Program-made: the position numbers and the translations under genes
From: Ignavibacteriota bacterium
GTDB lineage: Bacteria; Bacteroidota; Ignavibacteria; UBA10030
Assembly: GCA_963701295.1 (NCBI GenBank)
Contig: OY969585.1
Span: 1,408,001 to 1,472,000, forward strand
Direction: 5' to 3'
Length of the DNA stretch: 64,000 nucleotides
The notes under the pieces: generated by a model
The model's database searches: none
The model's input: only the letters and a program-made list of their open reading frames with translations
What the model was told of the DNA's origin: nothing
Part shown: piece after piece, positions 31,530 to 40,191 of the stretch
Position numbering within the stretch: position 1 is the stretch's first letter
Layout of the letters: each line of letters begins with the position of its first letter

Positions 31530-33719
31530 TTATCCATTTGTGTGTGTGGTTGCTGTTGTCAAAGACCGTTTACTCTCACGTGCTACAAACATTTCGACAA
31601 TAGCAATGAGCAACGCGGCGATGAGGAACTGTTTCCAGAGTTCTGTACCAAGACGCGATTCAATAATAATGCGCTGTACTTCCTGCGGCTGATGTACTGT
31701 ATGTACGACATTGTTGGCAATGCCAAGATGCATCAACATTTTCTCCCGTCGTTTCTCGTTTGACGGAGTCGTATTGGATTCATCGGGATCGATATTGACT
31801 GCGAATTTGTCGATTATGAGATTACCAGCCTTAACGCTATAGAAACCATAGAGATCTGTGCCAGAAAAACGCATGCTTTTACCCTTTAGTCGTTGCTGTG
31901 AGTTGACAAGAACTTCCATTCCTCCCGGTTTAGTTACCGTAAGTTCAGGTGCAACCGAACTGCGAATGTGGATTGCTTTTTCATCACCAACGAACAATGA
32001 AAGATCGGTTATTGGTTCTTGCACAAGATATGCGAGCGAGCGATGTATCAGCGGCACAAACAATCCTTTCAAAGGTAAGTCAGACCATTTCGTATTTGCA
32101 GCGACACTGAACATCAAAGCGCGGCCATTATCAATGCGTTCATCGATCAAGAAAGGATATCCGTTCGAAAGTGTAATCACTGTCTTTGAATGCGGAGTCG
32201 GTATGAAGCGGAGTGATATCAGCACGCGCGGCGATTCCAGAATTCGCTGGCTGTGTAATGTACCTGCCGACTGTTTTGTTTCGTCCTTTTCAAACATTCC
32301 GGCAAACAGCGGATGACGAAGATCCACTTTTTCGAATTCAACAGATAAACCCGTTCCTTGTGATGTTCCGAATTGGCTGTCAACTGCAGCAATCGTCGAG
32401 AGACCGAGTGCAGCGGCAATGCTCATGTTGAATGCGTTCACTGTTGTATGAGCACCGGGAAAGATCAATATACCGCCGCCATTTTGAAGATATGTTTTCA
32501 GAATAGACGTTTGACCCGATGTCAATTCCGGCGGATCGGAAAGAACTATGACGTCGATATTGCTTAAGAGCGATGTCGATAAACGATCTAATGCGGACTC
32601 GGTCATTTTGAGACTGGCGCTGGTATCAGAGAGCCTCGTACTCAGAGCAAGCCGGAGATATGTAAGATCGGATGAGTTACCTATAAGAAGCACTCGGTTC
32701 TCTTCCGGGATATGCACAGTGAAGAACCGTCTGTTGTCAAATTCGAGGTCGTCATCTTCTAGCTCGATTGTTCCCTCAAGAAACCCTGTGTGCTTGGGAA
32801 CAAGTGTGAAATCCGTTTCAACTGATTGTCCTGAGCGAATGTCAACTCCTTTTTGTGCCACACGGATTCCATCTTGATAGATACTGACTACATGGTTCTG
32901 CACATCAGAAGTGGCATGATTCACTAGCTTTGCTTTTACGACAAAGGGTTTATGTACTTCAAAAATTGTATTCGGAATTTCAATTGATTCTATAGCAACA
33001 TTTTGCAGTTCATGTTTTCCCAGCGGGACGAGGAAAAATTGAGTCGTCGCTGCAAAAAGACGTTCGGCAGCTTTCGATGCGCTTAACTTTGATTCGAGCG
33101 AACCCGATTGAAAGTCCGAAATTACATATACTTCTTTATTAAAATTGTTCGATGAGGCAAGCAAGCTGGACGCGAAGCGAAGCGCATCTTCTATAGTACG
33201 GTGAATAGATGATGGCTTGATATCTTTGAGCGTGCTACGAATCTCGGGGAAGTTACGTCGGGACGATGGTATCTCTTTTGTTCCATCGGAAGGAACATCT
33301 GAGAGTTTTACGAGGAAAACTTCATCTCCGTCTTTAAGGAGATTGATGATTGATGTGGTAGAGTTTTTTGCCTGCTGTAAAAGTTCTCCTTTCTCATCGC
33401 TTGCGGTCATGCTCTGTGAGTCGTCAAAAAGAATTACTGCTGTTGTCTTAGCTTGTTCGGCTAAACTGCCGGAGAGTGATCCTTTCGATGTCGGACGAGA
33501 AAATGCTAAGACAATAAGAATTACTAATAATATTCGAAGGAAGAGGAGTAACAGTTGCCGAAGTTTCAACCTGCGGATTTTTGTTTTTTGCAATTCTTTT
33601 AGGAATGACAATGTACTGAACTCAATCGTCTGCAGTTTGCGGAGATTGAAGACATGAAGCAGGATAGGAATGGCCGCTGCTGCAAGTCCGAACAGTACAA
33701 AGGGATTAAGAAAAGTCAA
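31530..33719 (-). CDS. BatA-domain / vWA / CARDB-like membrane protein
   Basis: MTFLNP...AIPILLH BatA N-terminus, DDSQSM MIDAS-like, SDFQ, DN.R, AVN...ES, C-terminal TM; TTG start. Confidence 0.85.
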   Translation of the reverse strand: MTFLNPFVLFGLAAAAIPILLHVFNLRKLQTIEFSTLSFLKELQKTKIRRLKLRQLLLLFLRILLVILIVLAFSRPTSKGSLSGSLAEQAKTTAVILFDDSQSMTASDEKGELLQQAKNSTTSIINLLKDGDEVFLVKLSDVPSDGTKEIPSSRRNFPEIRSTLKDIKPSSIHRTIEDALRFASSLLASSNNFNKEVYVISDFQSGSLESKLSASKAAERLFAATTQFFLVPLGKHELQNVAIESIEIPNTIFEVHKPFVVKAKLVNHATSDVQNHVVSIYQDGIRVAQKGVDIRSGQSVETDFTLVPKHTGFLEGTIELEDDDLEFDNRRFFTVHIPEENRVLLIGNSSDLTYLRLALSTRLSDTSASLKMTESALDRLSTSLLSNIDVIVLSDPPELTSGQTSILKTYLQNGGGILIFPGAHTTVNAFNMSIAAALGLSTIAAVDSQFGTSQGTGLSVEFEKVDLRHPLFAGMFEKDETKQSAGTLHSQRILESPRVLISLRFIPTPHSKTVITLSNGYPFLIDERIDNGRALMFSVAANTKWSDLPLKGLFVPLIHRSLAYLVQEPITDLSLFVGDEKAIHIRSSVAPELTVTKPGGMEVLVNSQQRLKGKSMRFSGTDLYGFYSVKAGNLIIDKFAVNIDPDESNTTPSNEKRREKMLMHLGIANNVVHTVHQPQEVQRIIIESRLGTELWKQFLIAALLIAIVEMFVARESKRSLTTATTHTNG

Positions 33720-33793
33720 TGAGTGTCCTTCTTCTATACAAATTCTGTACTAACTTAATCTGAAGATGCGCGAAAAGCAAGAAGATGGGAGAA

Positions 33794-33839
33794 CCTTCCG
33801 AAAGTTGTTTGCGCGAGAACAAAGAGAACTTTCGGAAGG
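33794..33839. repeat. 13-bp perfect inverted repeat in divergent intergenic region
   Basis: ccttccgaaagtt-N20-aactttcggaagg. Confidence 0.8.
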
Positions 33840-33883
33840 ATGCTAATTATTTTATATCTTAAGACAGGAAAAAGGAGAACAAC

Positions 33884-34660
33884 ATGTTAAAGATTGCAAT
33901 TGAAGCCGCTCTTGAAGCAGGAAAATATCTCAAAAAGAACGTTGGAAAAATTCGCCATATTGAGCGAAAGGCAGGACAAGAAACCAATCTGGTTACTGAG
34001 ATTGATAAAAAGGCAGAAGCGACAATCATCGGCAGAATAAAAAAACACTTTCCGGACCATGATTTTCTTGGTGAAGAGTCGGGAGCTGCAGAAATTAAAT
34101 CAGAATACCGATGGATCATTGATCCGTTGGATGGAACAGTAAACTATACCCATGGCCTTCCTATTTTTTGTGTCTCGGTTGGTTTAGAACACAAAGGAAA
34201 GATTGTGCTCGGTGTGGTATACGATCCGAGTCTCGACGAATTATTTACCGCTGAGAAAGGAAAAGGCGCTTGGTTGAACAAGAAACGTATTCAGGTCTCG
34301 AAAACATCAAAACTGATTGAAAGCCTTGTTGTTACAGGATTCCCTTATACAATCAACAAAAATCCGGAACCAGATATAACACATTTCAGGAATTTTGTTA
34401 TTGAAGCGCAAGGAGTAAGGCGGCTCGGTTCGGCGGCACTCGATTTATCGTATGTTGCTTGCGGCCGCTTCGATGGTTTCTGGGAGGGATCGCTTAATCC
34501 ATGGGATATGGCTGCTGGTGTGTTATTAGTAATGGAAGCAGGAGGCAAATGGACGGATTACCATGGAGTGCCTTCTACTGTGTACAATAAACAAATGCTT
34601 GCAACGAACGGGTCGATACACGAACAGATGATAGCAGTGTTGAAGAAAGCTTATCAATAG
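33884..34660 (+). CDS. suhB: Inositol monophosphatase family protein
   Basis: GEE, WIIDPLDGTVNY, RRLGSAALDL, PWDMAAG. Confidence 0.92.
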   Translation: MLKIAIEAALEAGKYLKKNVGKIRHIERKAGQETNLVTEIDKKAEATIIGRIKKHFPDHDFLGEESGAAEIKSEYRWIIDPLDGTVNYTHGLPIFCVSVGLEHKGKIVLGVVYDPSLDELFTAEKGKGAWLNKKRIQVSKTSKLIESLVVTGFPYTINKNPEPDITHFRNFVIEAQGVRRLGSAALDLSYVACGRFDGFWEGSLNPWDMAAGVLLVMEAGGKWTDYHGVPSTVYNKQMLATNGSIHEQMIAVLKKAYQ

Positions 34661-34744
34661 ATCAATCTATGAGCCTCTGAGTAGCTGAGTAATAGACCAT
34701 TGATGTGAGTTTATTGCAGATCCTATGTTTTGGGTTTTAAACCT

Positions 34745-36118
34745 TCAACTTTGCACTTTCATTTCTGTAATTGTTCTTTCCCACTTCCTCACACCGTTCT
34801 TATCAACAATATCTAGAATCATTGACTTGCGTTCCGGTTGTGTGCCTGTAACCTTGAATGCCTTTGATATCCGGCTGCGAGCGGTTGCAAGAACATCTTC
34901 GCTGTCGGTATAGAAAACGGCGAGTGAATCGCCGACATCAACCGCATCGCCAACTTTCTTTTTTAAAACAATTCCTGCTTTCACGTCTATGATATCATCT
35001 ATCTTTTCCCGGCCGGCACCGAGCGAAATGTTGGTCATGCCAAGTTCAAAGGAATCTATCTCGCCGATAAACCCGGGTTCGCTGGATTTGATTTCCATGG
35101 CAAACTTCGAAAGAGGATAACGCTCGAGATTTTCTATCGCATCAACATTTCCCCCTTGTGCACGAATGAGGTCGAGTAGTTTGCGATATGCAGAACCATC
35201 TGCGATGCTTTTCCTACATTTCTCAATTCCCTCTTCAATCGACTTCGCTTTCTTGCCGAGATAGATCATTGCACCGGAAAGCACATACGTCACTTCCATT
35301 AAATCTGCTGATGTATCATTATACCCGATTGCTCCGCGCAAGCACCCAACTGCTTCTACTACTTCTAACCAATTGCCGATAGCGACACCGAGCGGTTGAT
35401 TCATATTGGTGATGAAACCGATGGTTTCTTTTCCGAATTCATTACCAATGTCGACCAGCGTTTTTGCCAGTTCCAGTGAGCGTTCATGCGTGTACATGAA
35501 AGCGCCGAGTCCGGTTTTGACATCTAACACTAATGCATCGATTCCCTCAGCCAATTTCTTACTCATAATGCTACCGGCAATAAGCGGGATGCATTCAACG
35601 GTCGCTGTTACATCACGGAGAGCGTACATTTTTTTATCTGCAGGTGCAATTTCTTTCGTTTGTCCGATCATTACGACCCCGACATCACGAATGACGCGCT
35701 TGTATTCAGAAATTGTCAAATCGGTACGGAAGCCGGGAATAGATTCTAATTTATCGAGTGTGCCGCCTGTGTGCCCGAGGCCGCGGCCGGAAATCATTGG
35801 GACAGGCACACCGCACGCTGCAACCATCGGTGCGAGAATAAGCGATACTTTATCGCCAACACCACCGGTGGAATGTTTGTCTACTTTGATACCGGGGATT
35901 TCTGAAAGATCAATTACTTCACCAGAGTGCAGCATTAATCGTGTAAAGCTTGACGTTTCTTCACGACTCATTCCCTGGAAATAGCATGCCATGAGGAATG
36001 CGGACATCTGGTAATCGGGAACTTCACCTTGGACATAGCCGGCAATAAGAAAGCGGAATTCTTCTTCAGTGAGAGAATTGCCTTCGCGTTTTTTCCGTAT
36101 CAACTCAACAACGTTCAT
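34745..36118 (-). CDS. pdp: Pyrimidine-nucleoside (thymidine) phosphorylase
   Basis: DKHSTGGVGDK, SGRGLGHTGGTLDKLE, YALRDVT, SIMSKK. Confidence 0.93.
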   Translation of the reverse strand: MNVVELIRKKREGNSLTEEEFRFLIAGYVQGEVPDYQMSAFLMACYFQGMSREETSSFTRLMLHSGEVIDLSEIPGIKVDKHSTGGVGDKVSLILAPMVAACGVPVPMISGRGLGHTGGTLDKLESIPGFRTDLTISEYKRVIRDVGVVMIGQTKEIAPADKKMYALRDVTATVECIPLIAGSIMSKKLAEGIDALVLDVKTGLGAFMYTHERSLELAKTLVDIGNEFGKETIGFITNMNQPLGVAIGNWLEVVEAVGCLRGAIGYNDTSADLMEVTYVLSGAMIYLGKKAKSIEEGIEKCRKSIADGSAYRKLLDLIRAQGGNVDAIENLERYPLSKFAMEIKSSEPGFIGEIDSFELGMTNISLGAGREKIDDIIDVKAGIVLKKKVGDAVDVGDSLAVFYTDSEDVLATARSRISKAFKVTGTQPERKSMILDIVDKNGVRKWERTITEMKVQS

Positions 36119-36323
36119 AATGAGAACCTGAAAAAAACTTCTTCAATAATTAAGTCGATGAAGCAGCTTGGATACAATCGTTCGGTCTTAATCGTTTTTG
36201 ACCGCGGCATTCGAAATGGGTGAAATGATCATTAGGGTCACAAATGCCAAGAGACTGTTCCAAAGATAGAGTGAGAATCCGTTTTCGATCACTTGTTGAA
36301 GTCGGTCAATCGTACTTGCTTTC

Positions 36324-36905
36324 TCAATAATTTTCTCTGCTTCCTGGTTTTACTGCAATGCTTCCGGATTTGCACATGGGGCATTCCTGGGGCTGGTGAG
36401 TCACTGCTTCCATTAACAAGACAGCGAACTGTTTCGTATTAAATTGTACTTTACCGTTACTTCTATCGACAATACATCCGGTGCCGACAACACTTCCTTT
36501 TGCATTATTGACAAGGTTGATTACTTCTTTCGTGGAACCGCCGGTTGTTACAACATCCTCTACAACGAGAACGCGTTCACCCGGGATGATTTCAAATCCT
36601 CGGCGCAGTTCCATCTTTCCGTCTTTCCGTTCGGCAAAAATAGTGCGAGCGCTTAACATTCGACCAACTTCTGTTCCGACAACGATACCACCGATCGCAG
36701 GTGAGAGTACAACTTCGACTTCGCTGTATTCAAAGTGCCGTGCAATTTCTCCGCAGAGGAGGTGGAGATGCTTGGGAAATTGTAATACGCGGGCACATTG
36801 GAAATACTGAGAACTGTGCAATCCTGAAGTAAGTTGAAAATGGCCTTCAAGAAGTGCTTTTGTCTCCCTAAAAATGTCGAGGATTTGTTCCTTAAGTAGT
36901 TTCAT
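36324..36905 (-). CDS. pyrE: Orotate phosphoribosyltransferase
   Basis: GHFQLTSGLHS, VVEDVVTTGGS, CPMC...KPGSR. Confidence 0.94.
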   Translation of the reverse strand: MKLLKEQILDIFRETKALLEGHFQLTSGLHSSQYFQCARVLQFPKHLHLLCGEIARHFEYSEVEVVLSPAIGGIVVGTEVGRMLSARTIFAERKDGKMELRRGFEIIPGERVLVVEDVVTTGGSTKEVINLVNNAKGSVVGTGCIVDRSNGKVQFNTKQFAVLLMEAVTHQPQECPMCKSGSIAVKPGSRENY

Positions 36906-37059
36906 ACTTCATGCACTTTAATTTGTGATTGGTGAAAAGATACGAAGAACTCGCATGATGCGCAATTTGTCGAGTTTGTTTTCTTATAGTGTCCCATCAT
37001 CTCTTGTACCAGTAAAATTCAAAATATTTTGCACCCTTTGAATTTATAACTGATATCTT

Positions 37060-39261
37060 TTATTTTTGTTTTTTTATTTCTTCAATATTTTTTTTAAACT
37101 CTTCTGTTTCACTACGTACCTGTCTAATAAAGCTATTGTCCTCAATTGTTCCGACAGCCGCGGTCATTTCTGCTATATTCCGGTACGTATTCTGACGGAA
37201 TATGTTTTCATAATCCTTTTTCCGTGAGATGTACACCTGATCACGGATGAATTCCTGTATGGTCGTCGCTCGATCGAGTGCAGCATTCCATTGTTCTTGT
37301 GTTACATCATCTGTTCCAAGTAAAGCACAGAGGGAAGCAAAGGCATGTTTTTGCTTCTCAAGAGGATACTGTTGCCACAATGTGTTATATCGATCGTGAA
37401 TATCTTTCCATCCGGCAAGCTTTCCTGATCCGATGTCTGACCGCATCTGATCCACATCTTGTTCAGGAACCAATTGTCCGCCAAGGTTAGTCCATTTTGT
37501 TTGGCGGCTGCCTTTCAATGTTTTGCACATAGCTGCAAATGTACTGCCAGAGTTCGTGTTCAAATATTCTATCAGGTTCTTCACAGCGTAATAATGGACC
37601 ATATCTGCATACGCATGATAAGATTTATGTGCTTTGAGAATGACAGTTCTCCGATCCGACTTTTCTATATTTTCGCCGAGAATATCTAACTGAACAATTT
37701 CCTTTTCTGCCCCGGAAAGGAGTTCTCGTCCAATTCGGATAAGTTCTTTTTCATTGTTCTTGATTGAAAAACTCTGTTGGCGAAGCTTAGCTTTCGCTGT
37801 CCAGATTTCTAAAAGGTGGCGGGCATGAAACATCTCTTCAACCGTGTCAGGTGCGAGCGAATCAAATTCAATATTCTGAATTTTATTTTTTCGCTTGTCC
37901 CGGTTCTGGTATTTCCATGTATTTCGTGCGAGTGCGTACATATTGTACAGCCACCAGAAAGCAGGCAGTACTTCAAGCTCGTCTTTGGCTGCGTTGTTGT
38001 TCAGCAAAGAAAACGGTAGCGGAATATCCATTTCTGCCGGATAGTCTGCTTTAGATAATAACACAAACGATGCGAATCGACAAGAATGCTTGAGGCTGGA
38101 ACATAATCCCGGCCAGAACCCGCGGCCTGCTTGAACCTCATTATCATTTGCGCGGCTGTTATGATTGGAACCAATGGTGGCTCCAGCGGCAATGTTGCTC
38201 TGTCCTAAAAGGACTGAAGCGATTAAAAACGAATTGTTGTGATGTTGTTCGTGTGCTGGAAAAATGAGATTGTTCATTACTTCACAGCACGAAATTGTAG
38301 AATTGTCTCCGAGGAAAGAATGAATCAGTCGTGCCCCGTATTTGAGGTTGGAGTTGTTCCCCAAAATGAAACGAACTGCTTTGGAACCATAAGAAATGTG
38401 ACATCCATAACCGGTAATACCGTTTACGAGTTCAACTCCTTCTCCGATTTGTGTTGGTTCATCTTCAGAGGAGTTGATCGTGAGATTCTTCAGCTTGTTG
38501 GCACCTCTGATATAACAGTGTGAGCCGACTTTTATATCTTTGAGAATACCGGAGTTTTTAATCACGCATTGATTCTCAATTGTACCATAGAATCCACGGC
38601 CCTTGTCAAAACTATTTTGTGTTATTGAAATTAATTTATCTTGCAATGCAGTGTCGTCCCGATACTTTGCCCAGAGGTATGCATCTGCCGGAATGATGCC
38701 ATCGAATGGCAATATGCGGCGACACCCAGCTTCATTCATTAGTTCAAGCCAGACACGGACGTCTTCTGGTTCTCCCTCTTTAATAATACCGTTCCCAAAT
38801 TTTGCATAGTTTGTAGTATGCATTTCATCGATATTGAGCAGCATACATTGGTCACCGATGATGAAATGTGCCAGATACCGAACGTGATGAATAGCTACGT
38901 TATCTCCAATGTCACAGGCGATGATGGTACTGTTCGTGATCCCTACTGGTACCTGTAAATCGTGATGTTCGAGAAGCACGTTTTGGATACGTCCAATCCG
39001 GACGAGGCCGAAAAATGCAGTGTCCTTGATTCTCTTTGGATCGAATGGGTCTGTGACGAGAATTTCTTCCCAGTTGTCGGATGTATTGTTGTTTTGGATA
39101 AGTAGTTCCACTTCGTCTGCCCGCAGACGGCGCCACCTATTTTGCGGCCATGGAACTTGTATGTTGCGATGGAAATACTCGTCTTTGCCGCTTGGAATAA
39201 ACTCTTTTGGGATAAAATTTCTTCCGATGCTGTTTGACGGAAGAATGGATACGTTGTCCAT
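37060..39261 (-). CDS. DUF4954-like protein with beta-helix (hexapeptide-like) region
   Basis: 733 aa; HEQHHNNSFL, AGATIGSNHNSR, YNMYAL.RN..K...RDKR pattern recalled from Bacteroidota DUF4954 proteins. Confidence 0.7.
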   Translation of the reverse strand: MDNVSILPSNSIGRNFIPKEFIPSGKDEYFHRNIQVPWPQNRWRRLRADEVELLIQNNNTSDNWEEILVTDPFDPKRIKDTAFFGLVRIGRIQNVLLEHHDLQVPVGITNSTIIACDIGDNVAIHHVRYLAHFIIGDQCMLLNIDEMHTTNYAKFGNGIIKEGEPEDVRVWLELMNEAGCRRILPFDGIIPADAYLWAKYRDDTALQDKLISITQNSFDKGRGFYGTIENQCVIKNSGILKDIKVGSHCYIRGANKLKNLTINSSEDEPTQIGEGVELVNGITGYGCHISYGSKAVRFILGNNSNLKYGARLIHSFLGDNSTISCCEVMNNLIFPAHEQHHNNSFLIASVLLGQSNIAAGATIGSNHNSRANDNEVQAGRGFWPGLCSSLKHSCRFASFVLLSKADYPAEMDIPLPFSLLNNNAAKDELEVLPAFWWLYNMYALARNTWKYQNRDKRKNKIQNIEFDSLAPDTVEEMFHARHLLEIWTAKAKLRQQSFSIKNNEKELIRIGRELLSGAEKEIVQLDILGENIEKSDRRTVILKAHKSYHAYADMVHYYAVKNLIEYLNTNSGSTFAAMCKTLKGSRQTKWTNLGGQLVPEQDVDQMRSDIGSGKLAGWKDIHDRYNTLWQQYPLEKQKHAFASLCALLGTDDVTQEQWNAALDRATTIQEFIRDQVYISRKKDYENIFRQNTYRNIAEMTAAVGTIEDNSFIRQVRSETEEFKKNIEEIKKQK

Positions 39262-39375
39262 ATCATGCCTCTTCTATCGATTCAGAATGGTAATGTGTCC
39301 GTAATAATTTTCTTAATTTATCAATAAGAATATCTATCGCTCTTTAAAAAAGAAATGTTGTATAGATTTTTGACT

Positions 39376-40191
39376 TTAACTTAAGAAACCTTCAACACGA
39401 TGCACTTTACCAAGTGTTGTACCGAGAAATCGTTCACCTATCTCCGCAAACTTATGCGGTACGTCGCTGACGAAAAACTGCAGGTTAGGTTTCATTGTAC
39501 TAGTATTTTCTAAATGTAATTCCGCTAACATTTTCTTCACACGGATAGCAGTGGCCTCTCCGGAATCAATCAGCAAGACGTCGTTGTGTAGCACCTTATT
39601 GATGACTTTCCGCAGAATGGGATAATGCGTGCATCCAAGCACGAGCGTATCAATTTTGTCAAGAGTCAGAGGAAACAAATATTCCTTAGCGATCAATTCT
39701 GTCGCTTTATGGTCAGTCCAGCCTTCTTCAGCGAGAGGGACAAAAAGGGGGCATGGTTGTCCGAATACTTTGATTGCTGGATTAAGCTGGCGAATGGCAT
39801 TTGTATACGCATTACTAAAAATCGTGCCCAATGTTCCGATGACGCCAATCCGTTTCTTTTTTGAAGCCTGTACGGCCGCTTCTGCTCCCGGAAGGATCAC
39901 GCCAGCCACAGGTATCTTCGCACGTTTTTGAACAATATCGAGCGCAACTGCAGAAACTGTGTTACATGCGATAACGATGAGTTTGACATCATGTTGAAGC
40001 AGGATATCGGTATCTTGCAGTGCATACTCGCGCACCACCTGCGGTGATTTTGGGCCGTAGGGAACGCGCGCGGTGTCGCCAAAGTATACAATATTTTCAT
40101 GCGGCAGGTGCTGCAGTAATGCATGCACGACAGTCATGCCGCCAATACCGGAATCAAATACACCGATGGCTTGTGTGTTATTCATAATCAT
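39376..40191 (-). CDS. murI: Glutamate racemase
   Basis: FDSGIGG, DTARVPYG, IACNT, LGCTHYP. Confidence 0.96.
   Translation of the reverse strand: MIMNNTQAIGVFDSGIGGMTVVHALLQHLPHENIVYFGDTARVPYGPKSPQVVREYALQDTDILLQHDVKLIVIACNTVSAVALDIVQKRAKIPVAGVILPGAEAAVQASKKKRIGVIGTLGTIFSNAYTNAIRQLNPAIKVFGQPCPLFVPLAEEGWTDHKATELIAKEYLFPLTLDKIDTLVLGCTHYPILRKVINKVLHNDVLLIDSGEATAIRVKKMLAELHLENTSTMKPNLQFFVSDVPHKFAEIGERFLGTTLGKVHRVEGFLS

Noticed and set aside
36119-36323. Small gene or RNA between pyrE and pdp
   Set aside because: Only a short open stretch without a convincing start or RBS; no recognisable RNA motif
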